Positions 35,661 through 48,960 of a stretch of 64,000 bases of DNA are shown one piece after another. Below the pieces are notes generated by a model, which worked only from the letters and a program-made list of their open reading frames with translations, ran no database searches and was not told where the DNA came from. How positions within the stretch are numbered: the stretch's first letter is position 1; each line of letters starts with the position of its first letter. A program made the translations under genes and the position numbers. The stretch is from Malacoraja senta (lineage: Eukaryota), in assembly GCA_038087875.1 (NCBI GenBank), contig CM075989.1, forward strand, positions 25,298,001-25,362,000. The letters are read 5' to 3'.

Positions 35661-37009
35661 ATGTCCCTGCCTAAACTTCACCAGGTGACCCCATGGGTAT
35701 GGAATGAAAATAGATTCAGTCTCTTACTGCGTATCGGTCACAGAGATTTCCATCTGTGGAAAGTATTCTGCCCTTCTTGTCTAGTTAGGTCAGAATGGAG
35801 TGTTCAGAAAACTTCTACAGATTTATGAGACAACTACAGGCCAATCAGTTTCTCAGTTGTGGGACAGCTTTTAATGACAATTATCAGGGGAAATATTAAT
35901 AGGCACTTGGTAAAGGTTCACTCGATAAAGAGGACCCGATATAATAAAGAACAATCATGTTTAACTGACCTGACTGAATGTTTTTGGTGAGATAACAAAG
36001 GAAGCTTAAAGAATTGTGTAAGATGTTGACCACATGAATTTTCAGAAGGCCCGTTAGTCCCATGGAATTACAGGATCTATCACAGCACGGTTAGGAAAGT
36101 CAGATGGAGTGTGGTGTAAAATGGCTGTTTCTCAGATATTGGCACCTCCAAGGATCAATGCTGGAACTTTTAAAAAATATTTTAATGATCAAGGGGTTGT
36201 GTTACAGGGATAGGCTGGGACTTTTGTCTGAGGAGTATTGAAGGCTCAGGTGTGACCTAGTGGAAGTGTACAAATTCATGAGGAGCATGGATAATGTAAA
36301 TAGGGCCAAGGGAAATGGGACTGCAGGGACTCAGGACCTTACGGGACAACGCAAACCTATTCGGCCCTTCAAACTTGGGCTCGCCAAACACAGGCTATAG
36401 CTTATTTCCATTTAGTAAACCAGTGCTACCGATGAAGCAACTTAAAGGTACTTATCCAGGAACTGCTTCAAAGTGGACACAAGAGACTGCAGATGCTTGA
36501 ATCTGGAGCAAAAAAAGAAAACTTCTGGAGAAGCTCGGCAAATTTCTTTCCCCCTGCAGATGCTGCTCAACCCACTGAATTTATCTAGCAGTTTGCTTAT
36601 TAATACTTAAATGTCGTGCTTCCATCAACTTCACAGGCAGTTGAGTAAAATAATTATTTCTCAATTCCCTCGAACTCTCCAACAATTATCTTCACCCTCC
36701 GTGACCAACAGAAGGTTGACCGGCTCAAGGTTCCTCAGCCTGGTGCTTCCTCCCTTTTCAAACAATGGCACACCAGCAGTTTCCAGTTGGCTGACACCAA
36801 CCTATCTGCAGAGCCTTGAAAATACCACAAATCTGGTACAATTTCCTCCTGTGGTTCACTTAAGCGTTTAAAATACATCTGAGCCACTCTGAAAAGTTGG
36901 CAATCCTTTTAAATTATCCTTATTTAGCATTTCCAGTAGTGTCACCTTTTCCATATGTATAATATTTCTCCCATTAAAAGATGAAACACATTTGTTCAAA
37001 ACTATAGGA

Positions 37010-38435
37010 ATTAACGGGTCCGTTTCAGAATGGCCGGCAGTGACCAGTGGGGTGCCGCGAAACTCAGTGGTGGGACCCCAGTTATTTACAATATATTATC
37101 GATCTAGACGAAGGAATTAAATGTAACATCTCCATTTGTGAATGACACAAAGCTTGGTGGCAGCGTGAGCTGCGAGGAGGATACTATGAGGCTGCAGGGT
37201 GACTTGGATAAGTTGGATGACTGGGCAGATGCAGTATAACAATGTGAATAAATGTGAGGTTATCCACTTTGCTGGCAAGAACAAGAATGCAGATTATTAT
37301 CTGAATGGTAGACAAAAGTCTATGGTGTCAGATTAGGAAAAGGGGAAGTACAACGAGACCTGGGTGTCCTTGTACATCAGTCACTGAAAGTAAGCATGCA
37401 GGGTCAGCAGGCAGTGAAGAAAGCTAATGGCATGTTGGCCTTCAATTCAGAGGGGATTTGAATATAGGAGCAAGGAGGTCCTACTACAGTTGTACAGGGT
37501 CCTGGTGAGACCACACTTGGAGTATTGTGTGCAGTTTTTGGTCTCCTAATTTGAAGACCATTCCTGCTATTGAGGGAGTGCAGCTTATGTTCACTAGATT
37601 AATTCCCGGGATGACGGGACTGGGATATACGACATGATTGAACTTTATTTATCCCAGGAGGGAAATTGATCGAAAGAATGAAAGAAATTATGATAAAAGA
37701 ATGGATTGAATAGGCTTATATTCACTGGAATTTAGGATGAGAAGTGATATGATAGAAATATGTAAAATTATTAAGGGATTAGACAGGCTAGATGCAGGAA
37801 AAATGTTCCCGATGTTGGAGGAGTCCAGAACCAGGGGTCATAGTTTACAAATAAGGGGTTGGCCATTTAGGACTGAGATGAGGAAAGACCTTTTCACCCA
37901 GAGTTGTGAATCTGTGGAATTCTCTGCCACTTACTTACAAAATTCTTATGGGGTTGGACAGGCAAGATAAGGGGGAAATCCTTTAAGACCGAGATGAGGA
38001 AAAACTTTTTCACACAGAGAGTGGTGAATCTCTGGAACTCTCTGCCACAGAGGGTAGTTGAGGCCAGTTCATTGGCTATACTTAAGAGGGAGTTAGATGT
38101 GGCCCTTGTGGCTAAAGGGATCAGAGGGTATGGAGAGAAGGCAGGTACGGGATACCGAGTTGGATGATCAGCCATGATCATATTGAATGGCGGTGCAGGC
38201 TCGAAGGGCCGAATGGCCTACTCCTGCACCTATTTTCTATGTATCTATAAGGCAGTGGAGGCCAATTCACTGGATGTATTCAAGAGTTGGATATTGCTCT
38301 TAGGGTAACAGAATCAAGGGATATGGGGAGAAAGCAGAATCTACTGATTCTGGATGATCAGCCATGATCACAGTGAATGGTGGTGCTGGCTCAAAGGGCC
38401 GAATGGCCTACTCGTGCACCTATTTTCTATGGTTC
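37010..38435 (+). mobile_element. Decayed CR1 with a younger CR1 3' piece nested at about 37932-38248
   Basis: Collinear with 14670-15720 but frameshifted; host resumes at about 38249. Confidence 0.85.
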
Positions 38436-39144
38436 CAAAACTGCAGATGCTGAAGATATAAAAATTCTGCACACTCAGCAGGTGTATGCAAGTCTCACAT
38501 TAACAACTCATTACACAGACCATGAAACCTAATGTGGCAGTAATTACTACAAGCAAGCCATTTTCACTCATTGTTTCACATTTGTTCTACCCATCTCTCC
38601 CTGATCTCCCCTCCTACTGAAAATCAGTTTGTATTTTCCTTTTCCAGTCCACAGACCCAAAATGTTGATGGTTTCTCTTCTCACAGATGCTGCCAGACCT
38701 GCTGAATTTTTAGAAATATTTTCTGTTTTTGTTCAAATCTGTACGTTAAGCACCTTCAGATTTACCTTGATTTTACTAGCAATTAGTTTTGATGCAGCTT
38801 TTTTGCTGTCCTGATTTCCTTGTTAATTGCATCCCTGCACCTGCTTTATTCCTTCAAGCTATGATACAGAAGGAAGCCAAATAGTCTATATTGGTTTGTA
38901 GTAAAACATTCTAAGGCAATTTAGATTTTTGGTTCACAGAGTAAACGGATGAGAATGCAAATGAAACAAGGTAGGGGGGGAATTCAAAGAAAATTCTTTT
39001 AGCTCAAAATTTCTCACTGCGACTCTCCCTCCGGCACCAATCTCCCCCTCCCTCCACAACCTATCCTCTCCTCTCCACCACCCCCTCCCTCCTCTCAGAC
39101 TGGACCCCCGGCTCTCACCGCACTCACCCTCTCCCCCCCCCATA

Positions 39145-39748
39145 CACGTGTACCCAACACTGTACCCCTGTCCCCCCCCCCACCTGCTGTCACCGCCGGC
39201 CCCTCGCGCTCCCCCACTGTACACCAGTGTACCCCACACTGTACACGTGTACCCCACACTTCCCCCAGCGTATCCCACACTGTACACCACTGTACACCAG
39301 TGTGCCCCACACTGTACCCCACACTGTACACCAGTGTACCCACACTGTACACCAGTGTACCCCCACACTGTACATGTCTACCCCACACTGTACACCAGTG
39401 TACCCCCACACTGTACATGTCTACCCCACACGGTACCCCAGTCTACACCACACTGTACACATGAACCCCACACTGTACACGTCTACCCCACACTGAACCC
39501 GTCTACCCCACACGTGTACCCCACACTGTACATGTCTACCCCACACTGTACATGTCTACCCCACACGGTACCCCAGTCTACCCCACACGGTACCCCAGTC
39601 TACCCCACACGGTACCCCAGTCTACCCCACACGGTACCCCAGTCTACCCACACTGAACCCCAGCGTACCCCACACGGTACCCCAGTCTACCCCACACGGT
39701 ACCCCAGTCTACCCCACACGGTACCCCAGTCTACCCCACACTGAACCC
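39145..39748. repeat. Minisatellite in SELENOS intron 1 (20-22 bp units)
   Basis: Units such as ccccacacggtaccccagtcta and ccccacactgtacatgtcta. Confidence 0.95.
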
Positions 39749-39758
39749 CCTCCACCAC

Positions 39759-39792
39759 CTGCTGTCACCGCCGGCCCCTCACGCTCCTCCAT
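39759..39792 (-). CDS. SELENOS: Selenoprotein S exon 1 (MEEREGPAVTA, phase 1)
   Basis: ATG at 39792 beside a CpG promoter; donor CAG|GTGGTG; phase matches exon 2. The donor is weak and the sequence poorly conserved, so this exon is less certain than the others. Confidence 0.7.
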
Positions 39793-39794
39793 CG

Positions 39795-39900
39795 TTTCAA
39801 CTTCCGACTGATCCGTTGATCCCGTGACTTCCGGGACCGCTCGACCAATCAGAGCAGCGACTGACGTGGCGAATCAACACCTGCTTCCGCGTTTCAAAGG
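39795..39900 (-). promoter_or_regulatory. SELENOS promoter: Ets-like cores, CCAAT box and UPRE
   Basis: Three cttccg cores (about 39801, 39828, 39884), CCAAT at 39845-39849, TGACGTGG at 39862-39869, CpG-rich. Confidence 0.75.
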
Positions 39901-40216
39901 GTAATGCCGGCGGCCGGTGCGGTGGGGCCCACAGCAGGAGCTAAAGGTGTCAGTGGCTGTTGATGGAACATCTGGCTCTGGCCACTGGAGACAAGGCTGC
40001 CTGCAATCCCAGCCCCATCGGCCTGAGGAAGCAGACGGTACACCCATGGGTTTCTGCTGTCCGTTTCGCACCACAGACAGTGCTGGATCATGTCTGATCC
40101 CCCTGGACTTTCACAGCAGGTGATGCAGTATAATTGTCACTCCATCCTGACTATCCAACTGGAGATTCTGTTTCCTTTCCAACTCCAACCCTCCTGTACC
40201 ACTACTCACAGAATCA

Positions 40217-40226
40217 ATACATACAT

Positions 40227-40262
<36 letters not shown>

Positions 40263-40634
40263 TGTTATATATATATATATTTATATTTATATTTATGTAT
40301 ATATATCTATATATATTTATTTATATATATATGTGTATGTATGTATGATTCTGTGAGTAGTTGCACAGGAGGATATATATGAATATATATATAAATATAT
40401 AAATATATATATATATAAAAATATAAAAATATATATAAATATAAAAATATATAAATATACATATCTATAAATATACATATCTATAAATATACATATCTAT
40501 AAATATACACATCTATAAATATATATCTATATAAATATATACCTATATATATAAATATATATATATATATAATAGATATATAAATAAATATATAGATATA
40601 TAAATATATATAAATATATATATAAATATATATA

Positions 40635-40719
<85 letters not shown>

Positions 40720-40740
40720 TCACATATATATATACATACA
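40217..40740. repeat. (TA)n/(CA)n compound microsatellite
   Basis: Directly visible. Confidence 0.97.
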
Positions 40741-43349
40741 TCTATCTATTATATAAAACTCTGTGGCTGCCATCCGTCGTCCGGCGTCAAAATTCCCTTT
40801 GATACCGCCCTAGTCTATTATATAAAACTCTGTGGCTGCCATCCGTCCGTCCGTCCGGCGTCAAAATTCCCCTTTGATACCGCCCTAGGCCCACACAGCA
40901 CGCGGAAACGCCGATATTTTTTTTACCATTTCTAAAGAGATTACATTTATCTTTACGAATAGACACTCCTGATTAAAATTTGGTAGTGCTTGTGTAGACT
41001 TTTTTTTAAATAAAATACTTCTCCCCCCCCCCCACCCCAACATTTCAAAATGCTAAACAAACAGCTCTCAGCCATAGAATGTTAGTCACGTTTCCATTGT
41101 GTGATGTCACAATGCCCGATGCTCACACATGTCCAATCGGAATGGATCCATTTACATATGCCTTTGCAGCAGACCCAGCCCCTCCCCCGCAACCTGTGTC
41201 GAAGGGCGTCGTCACGTGTGTGGGGGTGATAGGGAATGGGGAAATTTCAAAATGTTTAAAAAAAACAGCTCTCAGCAATAGAATGTTAATGAAGGTTCCG
41301 TTGTGTGATGTCACAATGCCCAATGCACACAGATGACAAATCGGAATGGATCCAATTACATATGCCTTTGCAGCAGCACCAGCCCTCCCCCCCACCTGTG
41401 TTTGAAGGGCGTCGTCACGTGTGTGGGAATATAGAAAGAGGATTGTGGGTGATATGGTGATAGGGATGGACTGGCCCTACCCCTCCTACTTCAACTCCCC
41501 CTCCCCACTCTTCACCCTCTCTCCCTCTCCCCCTCCCTCCCCTCCCTTCCCCCTCCCACCACCCCCCATACCCCCTTCCCCTCACTCTTGCACCACTCCC
41601 AGCTACCCCCTCTCTCCACTCTTCCCCTCTCCCTCCCCCACCTCTCTCCTCCCCTCCCTCTCTTCCACCTACTCCTCTCCCCTTCCCCTCATCCCCTCCT
41701 CTCCACCTCTAACATCCCCTCCCCCCTCCCTGCCCTCCCCGCTCTCCTCCCACTCCCCTCTCCTCCCCCTCCCTCTCCCCCACCCTACTCTCTTCAACCT
41801 CACCAATCTCTCCCATTTCCTCCTCCCCCTCTCCACACCCCATCTTCCTCTCCCCCCTCCCGCCGATTGTGTTTGGAGTGTGGTTAGTGTGTGTGATGCC
41901 GCAGCCCACCCCCCCTCCCCGCAAACGCGCGTTGGTAAAACAGCCCGCCAACAGTCTATCTGTCTTTAAGACGGAACTGCACATGCTGGAAAATCGAAGG
42001 TACAAAAAAAAGCAGTATAACCTCAGCGGGTGCAGCATCATCAATGAATCAAAGGAAATAGGCAACGTTTCAAAAAAAAAAACCCATCTGAGGATGGGCT
42101 TCAGCACAAAGCGTTGCCTATTTCCTTCGCACCATAGATGCTGCTGCACCCGGTGTGTTTCTCAAGCTTTTTTTGTGTACCAGTCTCTCTGTCTCTCCCT
42201 CCCCTCTCTCTCTTCACAGCCCGTGGCTCGACTCATGCACGCCCGCTCCAACCCCCCCCCCTTCACCTCTCTCCCCCATCCTCTCCTTCCTCTCTCCACC
42301 CCTCTCCTCTCTCCCCCCTTCCTCTCCACCCTCCTCCTCCCCCTCATCACAATTTTTTTTTAAATAACATTACATTTTCTCTCTCTGCCCCCCCCCCTCA
42401 AGACGCACCTGAGAGGCGAGGGCTATTCGTCAGTGGATAGGGTGAAGATGGGATAAAAGAAAAAAACTAAGATAATATCAAGGGGTGTGATGAGTGTGTG
42501 TTTGTGGGTGCCAGATTCCCACCCGCAACCGTGCTTTGGAGGAAAGGGGGTGGTTAGTGTGACGCCACAGCCCCCCCCTCCCCCGCAAACGCACGTTCGG
42601 TGTCCAGACCCAACTGGTCTGCACTTAGTCTAGTTATACTATTAAAACTCTGTGGCTGCCGACTTCTGTCTGCCATCTGCCTGACTTGTGTCACAAATCG
42701 CCTTTGATACCGCTCCAGCCCCACAGCACGCGGAAATGCCGATGTTTTTTGCCATTTCTAAAGAGATTACATTTATCTTTACGAATACACTCCTGATTAA
42801 ATTTGGTCGTTTATGTACACGTTTTTAAAATAAAATCCATCCCCCCCCCCACCCCCACTCACTCATTTTGTCTCCTCCTGCTGGTCACCCACCATAACGG
42901 CTGCTGTCGACCGCCTCTGCTCCGAAAATGACGCCATCTTTTTTCCCCCGATTTTCACCCCGGGGTCTGAAGCACGTTCGGGGACCAGACCCAACGGGTC
43001 TGCACTTGGTCTAGTATTCTATTAAAACTCTGTGCCTGCCTGACTTGTGTCCGCCATTTCTAAAGAGATTACATTTATCTTTACGAATAGACACTACTGA
43101 TTAAATTTGGTCCTGTTTATGTACACGTTTTAAAATAAAATCCACCCCCCCTCATCACGACGCCATCTTTTTTCCGCTGATTTTCTCCGAAAAACGACGC
43201 CATCTTTTTTCCGCCGATTTTCTCCGAAAACGACGCCATCTTTTTTCTGCCGATTTTCACCCCGGGGTCTGAAGCACGTTCGGGATCTCACACCCCGGAG
43301 TCTTAAGCACGTTCGGTGTCCAGACCCAACGGGTTTGCACTTGGTCTAG
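40741..43349 (+). mobile_element. Non-autonomous Helitron, three head-to-tail units
   Basis: A|TC 5' start (tctatctattatataaaac); 3' hairpin cagaccc-aac-gggtctg then CTAG|T at 42630-42633, 43011-43014 and 43346-43349; no TSD. Confidence 0.82.
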
Positions 43350-43690
43350 TATATGTATATAAATATGTGTGTGTGTATATATATACACACACACACATAT
43401 GTGTATGTATGTATATATATATATATATACACACATACATATATATATACACGCATACATACACACACAACATACATACACCAACATACATATACACATA
43501 CATACATACATACAAACACATACACACGCATGTATACACACGCACATACATATGCATACATACATATATATACACACATACAAACACATATATGTACACA
43601 CACACACACACACATATATATATACACACGCACAAATATATATACGCACATACATATACCTACACACACACACACACATATATATGTATG
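43350..43690. repeat. (CA/TA)n compound microsatellite
   Basis: Directly visible. Confidence 0.97.
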
Positions 43691-43961
43691 GACACACTGA
43701 TCTGTTCTGTATTAGTTCTGTTCTAAAACTCACCTGCCAACATTCTTCCAGTTCACTACCTCTTCTCTGTGTTCCTGTAATGTACACTGTACTCCAGCAA
43801 CAAAACCAGTTAGTTTTATCCGACCTTCCTGTTAAATTCTGTTCCAGCAGAAAATCGCAAAATTATATGCCTTAACTGTATTTGTCGTTACCTTCCGAGA
43901 TCAGTGGACGTACACTCTAAAACCTGTGATTTTCTACATTTCTCATTTATTTCTACATTTA

Positions 43962-44194
43962 GTTTTTAAGAAGGAACTGCAAATGCTGGAAAATCAAAGG
44001 TAGACAAAAGTGCTGGAGAAACTCAGCGGGTGCGGCAGCAACTATGGTGCGAAGGAAATAGGCAACGTTTCGGGCCAAAACCTGTCTGAAGTCTGAGTCT
44101 GAAGAATGGTTTCGACCCGAAATGTTGACTATTTCCTTCGCTCCATAGATGCTGCTGCACCCGCTGAGTTTCTCCAGCACTTTTGTCTACCTTC
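43962..44194. mobile_element. Inverted dimer of the Penelope-derived short element
   Basis: Inverted arms; 14-bp direct repeat tatttctacattta at 43948-43961 and 44195-44208. Confidence 0.85.
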
Positions 44195-45693
44195 TATTTC
44201 TACATTTATCTTGCCCTTTGTCCCTCCTAAATGCATCGCCTTGCACTTCTGCAGCCAAAATTCTATTTGCTGTCACTCTGCCTATAAAACAGCACTGACA
44301 TATTTTTGAAATCTCATTCTCTTTCTCACTCTCGAGACTGTGTGGATCTGGATTTACTACTCTAGGTAGAACATCACTCAGCACTATGATTACTAGTGGA
44401 GATGGAGAGTGGTCAATGTTGATACCTTCTATACATACAGCTAAATCATTGACATAAACCACAAATATACCACCTTTCAACAAGCTTCGCGGAGCCTGAT
44501 TGCAAACATTTCTCCAGGCTCTAACCTCTGCTTTTCCGCTGTGGTAGCTTGTCTATCTGAGGCTGTCCATCTTTGTTTGATGGAGAATGGCTTCAAGCAG
44601 CAATGGCCACACTGGAGTCAGTAGGAATCAAGGGGTAATCCCTCCATGGAATCATACATAGCACAAAGGAAGGCAGTTGTGATGAAGGTCAATCTCAGCC
44701 ACAGCCTTCTTGTTAGGAGTTCCTCTGGGTCGTGTCCTTCATCAATGAACTCAGTTCAGAAATGGGAATGTTCATTGATAATTGCACAATGTTCAACTCC
44801 AGCCGAGACTTCTCAGATAATGAAGCAGTGTAATAATGGTTGGACTCAATGCGCCACAGGGCACCTTGTTAGGACGACCCTAACCTCGCTACCACTGATG
44901 TTAGATACACTGGCCTCCTCTGTCCTCTGTTGAAACTCAGGTTACATGCACACATTCTGTGTTTACACAATTCATTGACAACCTGACTCCAGCGATTTCC
45001 AAATAGCACATCAGAGAGCGATGCCTTCAGAACAAAACGCATCAACCTTCCTAACAAAAGACTATTAGCCTGCTAATTTATTTCTCTCTCTCTCTGTGCA
45101 GAAACTGACTCTTTGCTGAGCTTCTTCAGCATCCTTGGCTTTCATGCCATGGTTAAGCTCTGGTGGTAATTACACTATGCGCCTTGGCATTAGGCCCATC
45201 AAGGTACTCCTCACGATGAGAACAGAGCACGAAACTGGATAGAAGCTCTCATCCCTCCCCCACTGATGAGTTCCGATGGGGTACTTATTAACGAGACAGG
45301 GAAGGTGATGCCTTTATCTTCTTCCTGCGTCGACCTGAGGATCAAGGATGATTGAGTTCTGTGGGTTCCAGGGTGATTGGTGGGACCTGCACTCTCCCAG
45401 AGGGGACAGGTGGTGCCTGATGGGATGAGTGGCAGGTCCTTTCCTTCCACTGTCCATATGCTCCTGACACAGGATGTTCTCAGTGCATCTTGAATGCTGC
45501 TCCTCCACTCCAACAGTTACTCTGCTCTGCATTGACCTTTCTTTCCACCTCCCATCCCAGGCTCTGTACCTATCAAAAGCCTCTCATCTCAAATACTTTG
45601 AGAAGGTAACCTACTAGAATTAGCAACCATCTCGCTTGACCCGAATATTTACATCTTTGTGAAAGTAAAAACTGACAATTACCCCAAAAAATG

Positions 45694-45699
45694 TTTATT
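45694..45699 (-). terminator. Probable SNRPA1 polyadenylation signal AATAAA
   Basis: tttatt on +, about 300 nt after the stop, followed by T/G-rich sense sequence. Confidence 0.65.
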
Positions 45700-45997
45700 A
45701 TCAAAATCCTGACAAGCAAACATATACAGCCTGAACATAATTGAAGTGAATGATACTTGGTTAGAGTGGAAACACAAACCAATCTTTCCTGCAGTGAGGT
45801 CTGACTTGGACAATAAGTTGTTCCTGAGCAGTATTCCACTGGGTGATAACAGGACATTGCAGTTTCCAGGTGATCAGAGCCTGCCCATAGACAAAACCAC
45901 ACACAAGCACAATGCTCATCACTTCACTAAATTCAAGGTTCATCTCCAAAGCGGAGACCATCCAACAAGGAACTTTAACATACACATTAGGGAAGCA

Positions 45998-46059
45998 TTA
46001 GTTGCCGTTGGTTACAGAATCCGCCTCCATATCTTCTTCCTCAACTTCATCTGTAGCGC
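45998..46059 (-). CDS. SNRPA1: U2 snRNP A' exon 9 (terminal)
   Basis: GATDEVEEEDMEADSVTNGN-stop; total CDS 771 nt = 256 aa. Confidence 0.95.
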
Positions 46060-47282
46060 CTGTAAATACATAAATTATGTCTGGCATCTTAAACTTGCTA
46101 CTCTTTTTATTCAAAGATTAAAAGATTGACAATTGTTCATAAAATAGTTTCACAAGGACAAGGATGTTGAGGGTTGCTTTAACCAGTACTGTAACGGAGC
46201 TCAGTATTACATTATCAATTAGTAACAGTACCTGGGCTGTACAGTTCACTCGGATAGTGTTTACTACCAGTCAGCATGTACTGACAGCATTCAAGGAGTG
46301 GAGAGACAGTAATGTTTGTTGACATAATGGAAAAAGTCTGGCTTTGCTTCATAGAAAGGGGAGATTGACAGAGATCTGGGCAAATAAAAAAGGAACTAAA
46401 CCAAACAAGTGTAGAATTGCAAAAAAATTAGAACAGAGCAATTCAGCCATTATATTCATGCCAAATGAAAAAGAACTACCAAACATAATCTCACTATCCA
46501 TCACTAGTTAGGGCTTTCCATGTACAATTTCAAGTTCTATTTAAAATGTGGGATTTTGTCTCTATTCACCTTCCAGGCACACACCCAGCTAAAAAGCTTT
46601 CATTTTTAAACAGATTCTAAATTATCAGATTTTTTAGCCTTCTGCAAAAAGGTGCTCTCTATTTACAGTATCTAGATCCTTCATAATATTTTACACCCCA
46701 ATTAAATCTTCCCGTCTCTTATGTTCTGATAGAAACAGCCTCTCCAATCAGTAAAATGGGGGCTCAATCCATGATAGCTCAGAAATGAACACATTGGACA
46801 AATTTTCTTATCAAAGCTCGACACAAAATGCTGGAATAACTCAGGGGGTCAGGCAGCATTTCTGGAGAAAAGGAACAGATTATTTTTCGGGTCAAGACCC
46901 TTCATCAGACAGAGTCAGGGAGGGGGACACTGGAGGTTTGGTTTAATCTGATCAGTCTAGAAAAGGGAAGGCAGAATTTTCTCTGATCTTACATACTCTG
47001 CTTGTTCCTTTTTGAATCTCGAGGGGGATAGGGAATATAGTAGCTCTGAAGAAGGGTCTCGACCCAAAACATCACCCATTCCTTCTCTCCAGAGTTGCCG
47101 CCTGTCCCGCTGAGTTACTCCAGCATTTTGTGTCTACCACAGGGAATATAGTTTTGTGAAGCAGAAGGACACGAAGTCTGCAACAAAACTGCTAAACGCA
47201 TTATCGGCAGATTGGGCTTTGTGGAGAACAGGACTTTCCTTGCTTTGGACCATTTGATTTTCTGTTCATGCTCTCAACTCAC

Positions 47283-47376
47283 CAGTCTTCCTGTCTCTGC
47301 CTGGGATTTGCCCAGCCTGCAACATTCCTTTCAGCTTCTCCACCTCAGCCAGAGTTGATGCATTGGCAATCGCATT
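47283..47376 (-). CDS. SNRPA1: U2 snRNP A' exon 8
   Basis: NAIANASTLAEVEKLKGMLQAGQIPGRDRKT; 94 nt; donor GTGAGT. Confidence 0.97.
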
Positions 47377-47759
47377 CTGCAAATCAAACAGCAGCATAGC
47401 TTCATAGATTGACACGTTCAAAGGTGCCCTTTTAACCAAGTGACCCTTAAGTCTTTCCACAGATCTGCAGTCTCTCCAGGTACTAAAGTACTCAGTTGGC
47501 CCAAAGTCTACGAGATAATACACTAGCCATTCATGAGCAAAAAGGAATACACCTGCAATCTGAAACTGAATTTGACCATGTTTGGCACAGTGGGTCAAAG
47601 CTCCATGTTCAATGCCAATCCACAATCTCTATCAACGCATCTGTTTGCTTTCCATCACCTGCCAGATATATTAGAAAATCAAGTGTGGAGAGAACCCAAT
47701 GAACTGGAATTTACTAATAGTCAAAAAACGCAGTGTGAAAGCTGATAAACCCCAAGATT

Positions 47760-48960
47760 AAAGTGAATTATGTGCAGCATTTTGAACGAGGTGACTTCAG
47801 AGATGGTGGGTGCTATTCCATGGTTTTAAAGATCCTGGAATTGTTCCAATGGGTTGCAAGGTAGTCCAGTTTAATGAAGGCAGGAGAGAAAAAGGGGAAT
47901 AATCAATCCATCAGGTTAATGTCAATGGAGTGGAAAATGTGAAATCTATAATCAATGATGCAATACTAGGATTGAGCAGAGTCAATATGGACTTACAAAT
48001 GAATTCTCCTAGAATGAAGATGCAACTTGTGAATAGACATGGTGCACCCAGTAATATGGTGTAATTGGAACTTCAACGGGAACATAATGGTCAAAGCACA
48101 TGGAAGTTGAAGCAAGGGAGTGGCATGGTAAGAGAACCTGTCATTGGACAGAAAGCAAAGAGTGGCAACAAAGAGGTCCTTCCTTCCGTCAGTAGGGGTG
48201 ACTATTGGGGAACTTCTCGGATCAGTGGTTGGGCCAAAGCTGTTCATCATCTATCAACTAAGGGGACCGACCATACATCAGACTTGCAAGTCTGCGCCAT
48301 CCTATTATTGCATTTGTGAATGTAGACTAAAGTCGGTGAAGCAGAGGATTTGTTCAATATCAGAAATTGGGTGGTGCTTCTACACAAGTCACCAAAGTCA
48401 AACACGCAGGAAGAGTGCAAACTTAAACGGGCGTCATTTATAAACAGAAGCGCTTGATTAGAGGGTAAAGAACACCTAGATAATTGTACAAGGCCTCAGT
48501 GAGACTGCACCGGGAGTATTGTGCACAGATCTAATCTTTTTACTTGAGAAAAGATGGAAGTGCAACAAAGCTTTGCTGGATTGGTTCAGGGGACGGCGAG
48601 TTTCCTGTACAGAGATTGAGTAGAGCGGAGCGCAGAGTGTGGGGGACTGAAGAATGAGGGGAGACCTCATGGAAACCTACCAAACTGGGAAAGGCCTTGA
48701 CAGGTCAGATGTTGTAAAGATGTTTTCTCTGACTGAGAAGTCTAGGAATGCAGAACATGTTGGAAATAAGGGGTAAGCAATTTAGGACCAAGATGAGAAA
48801 ATAATTATTTACTCAGAAGATAAACCGTTGGAATCCTCTGCCCTGTGCGCTTGACACTGAGCTCAATCAAATCAGAAAGAGAAGTAGATTGGTCATGAAT
48901 CTAATGAATAGTGGAGCTGACTCAAAGGCCAGCCGACTTCCTGCTGCTCCTCATTAAGTT
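47760..48960 (+). mobile_element. Heavily decayed CR1 in SNRPA1 intron 7
   Basis: Patchy similarity to the 13.5-15.7 kb CR1 (gtgagactgcaccgggagtattgtgcacag; gaagaatgaggggagacctcat). Confidence 0.65.

Noticed and set aside
38934..39744. Repetitive Pro/His/Thr or Gly/Val/Tyr ORFs
   Set aside because: Translations of the minisatellite
40090..43875. YI, CV, HT and poly-Pro ORFs
   Set aside because: Microsatellite and polypyrimidine translations
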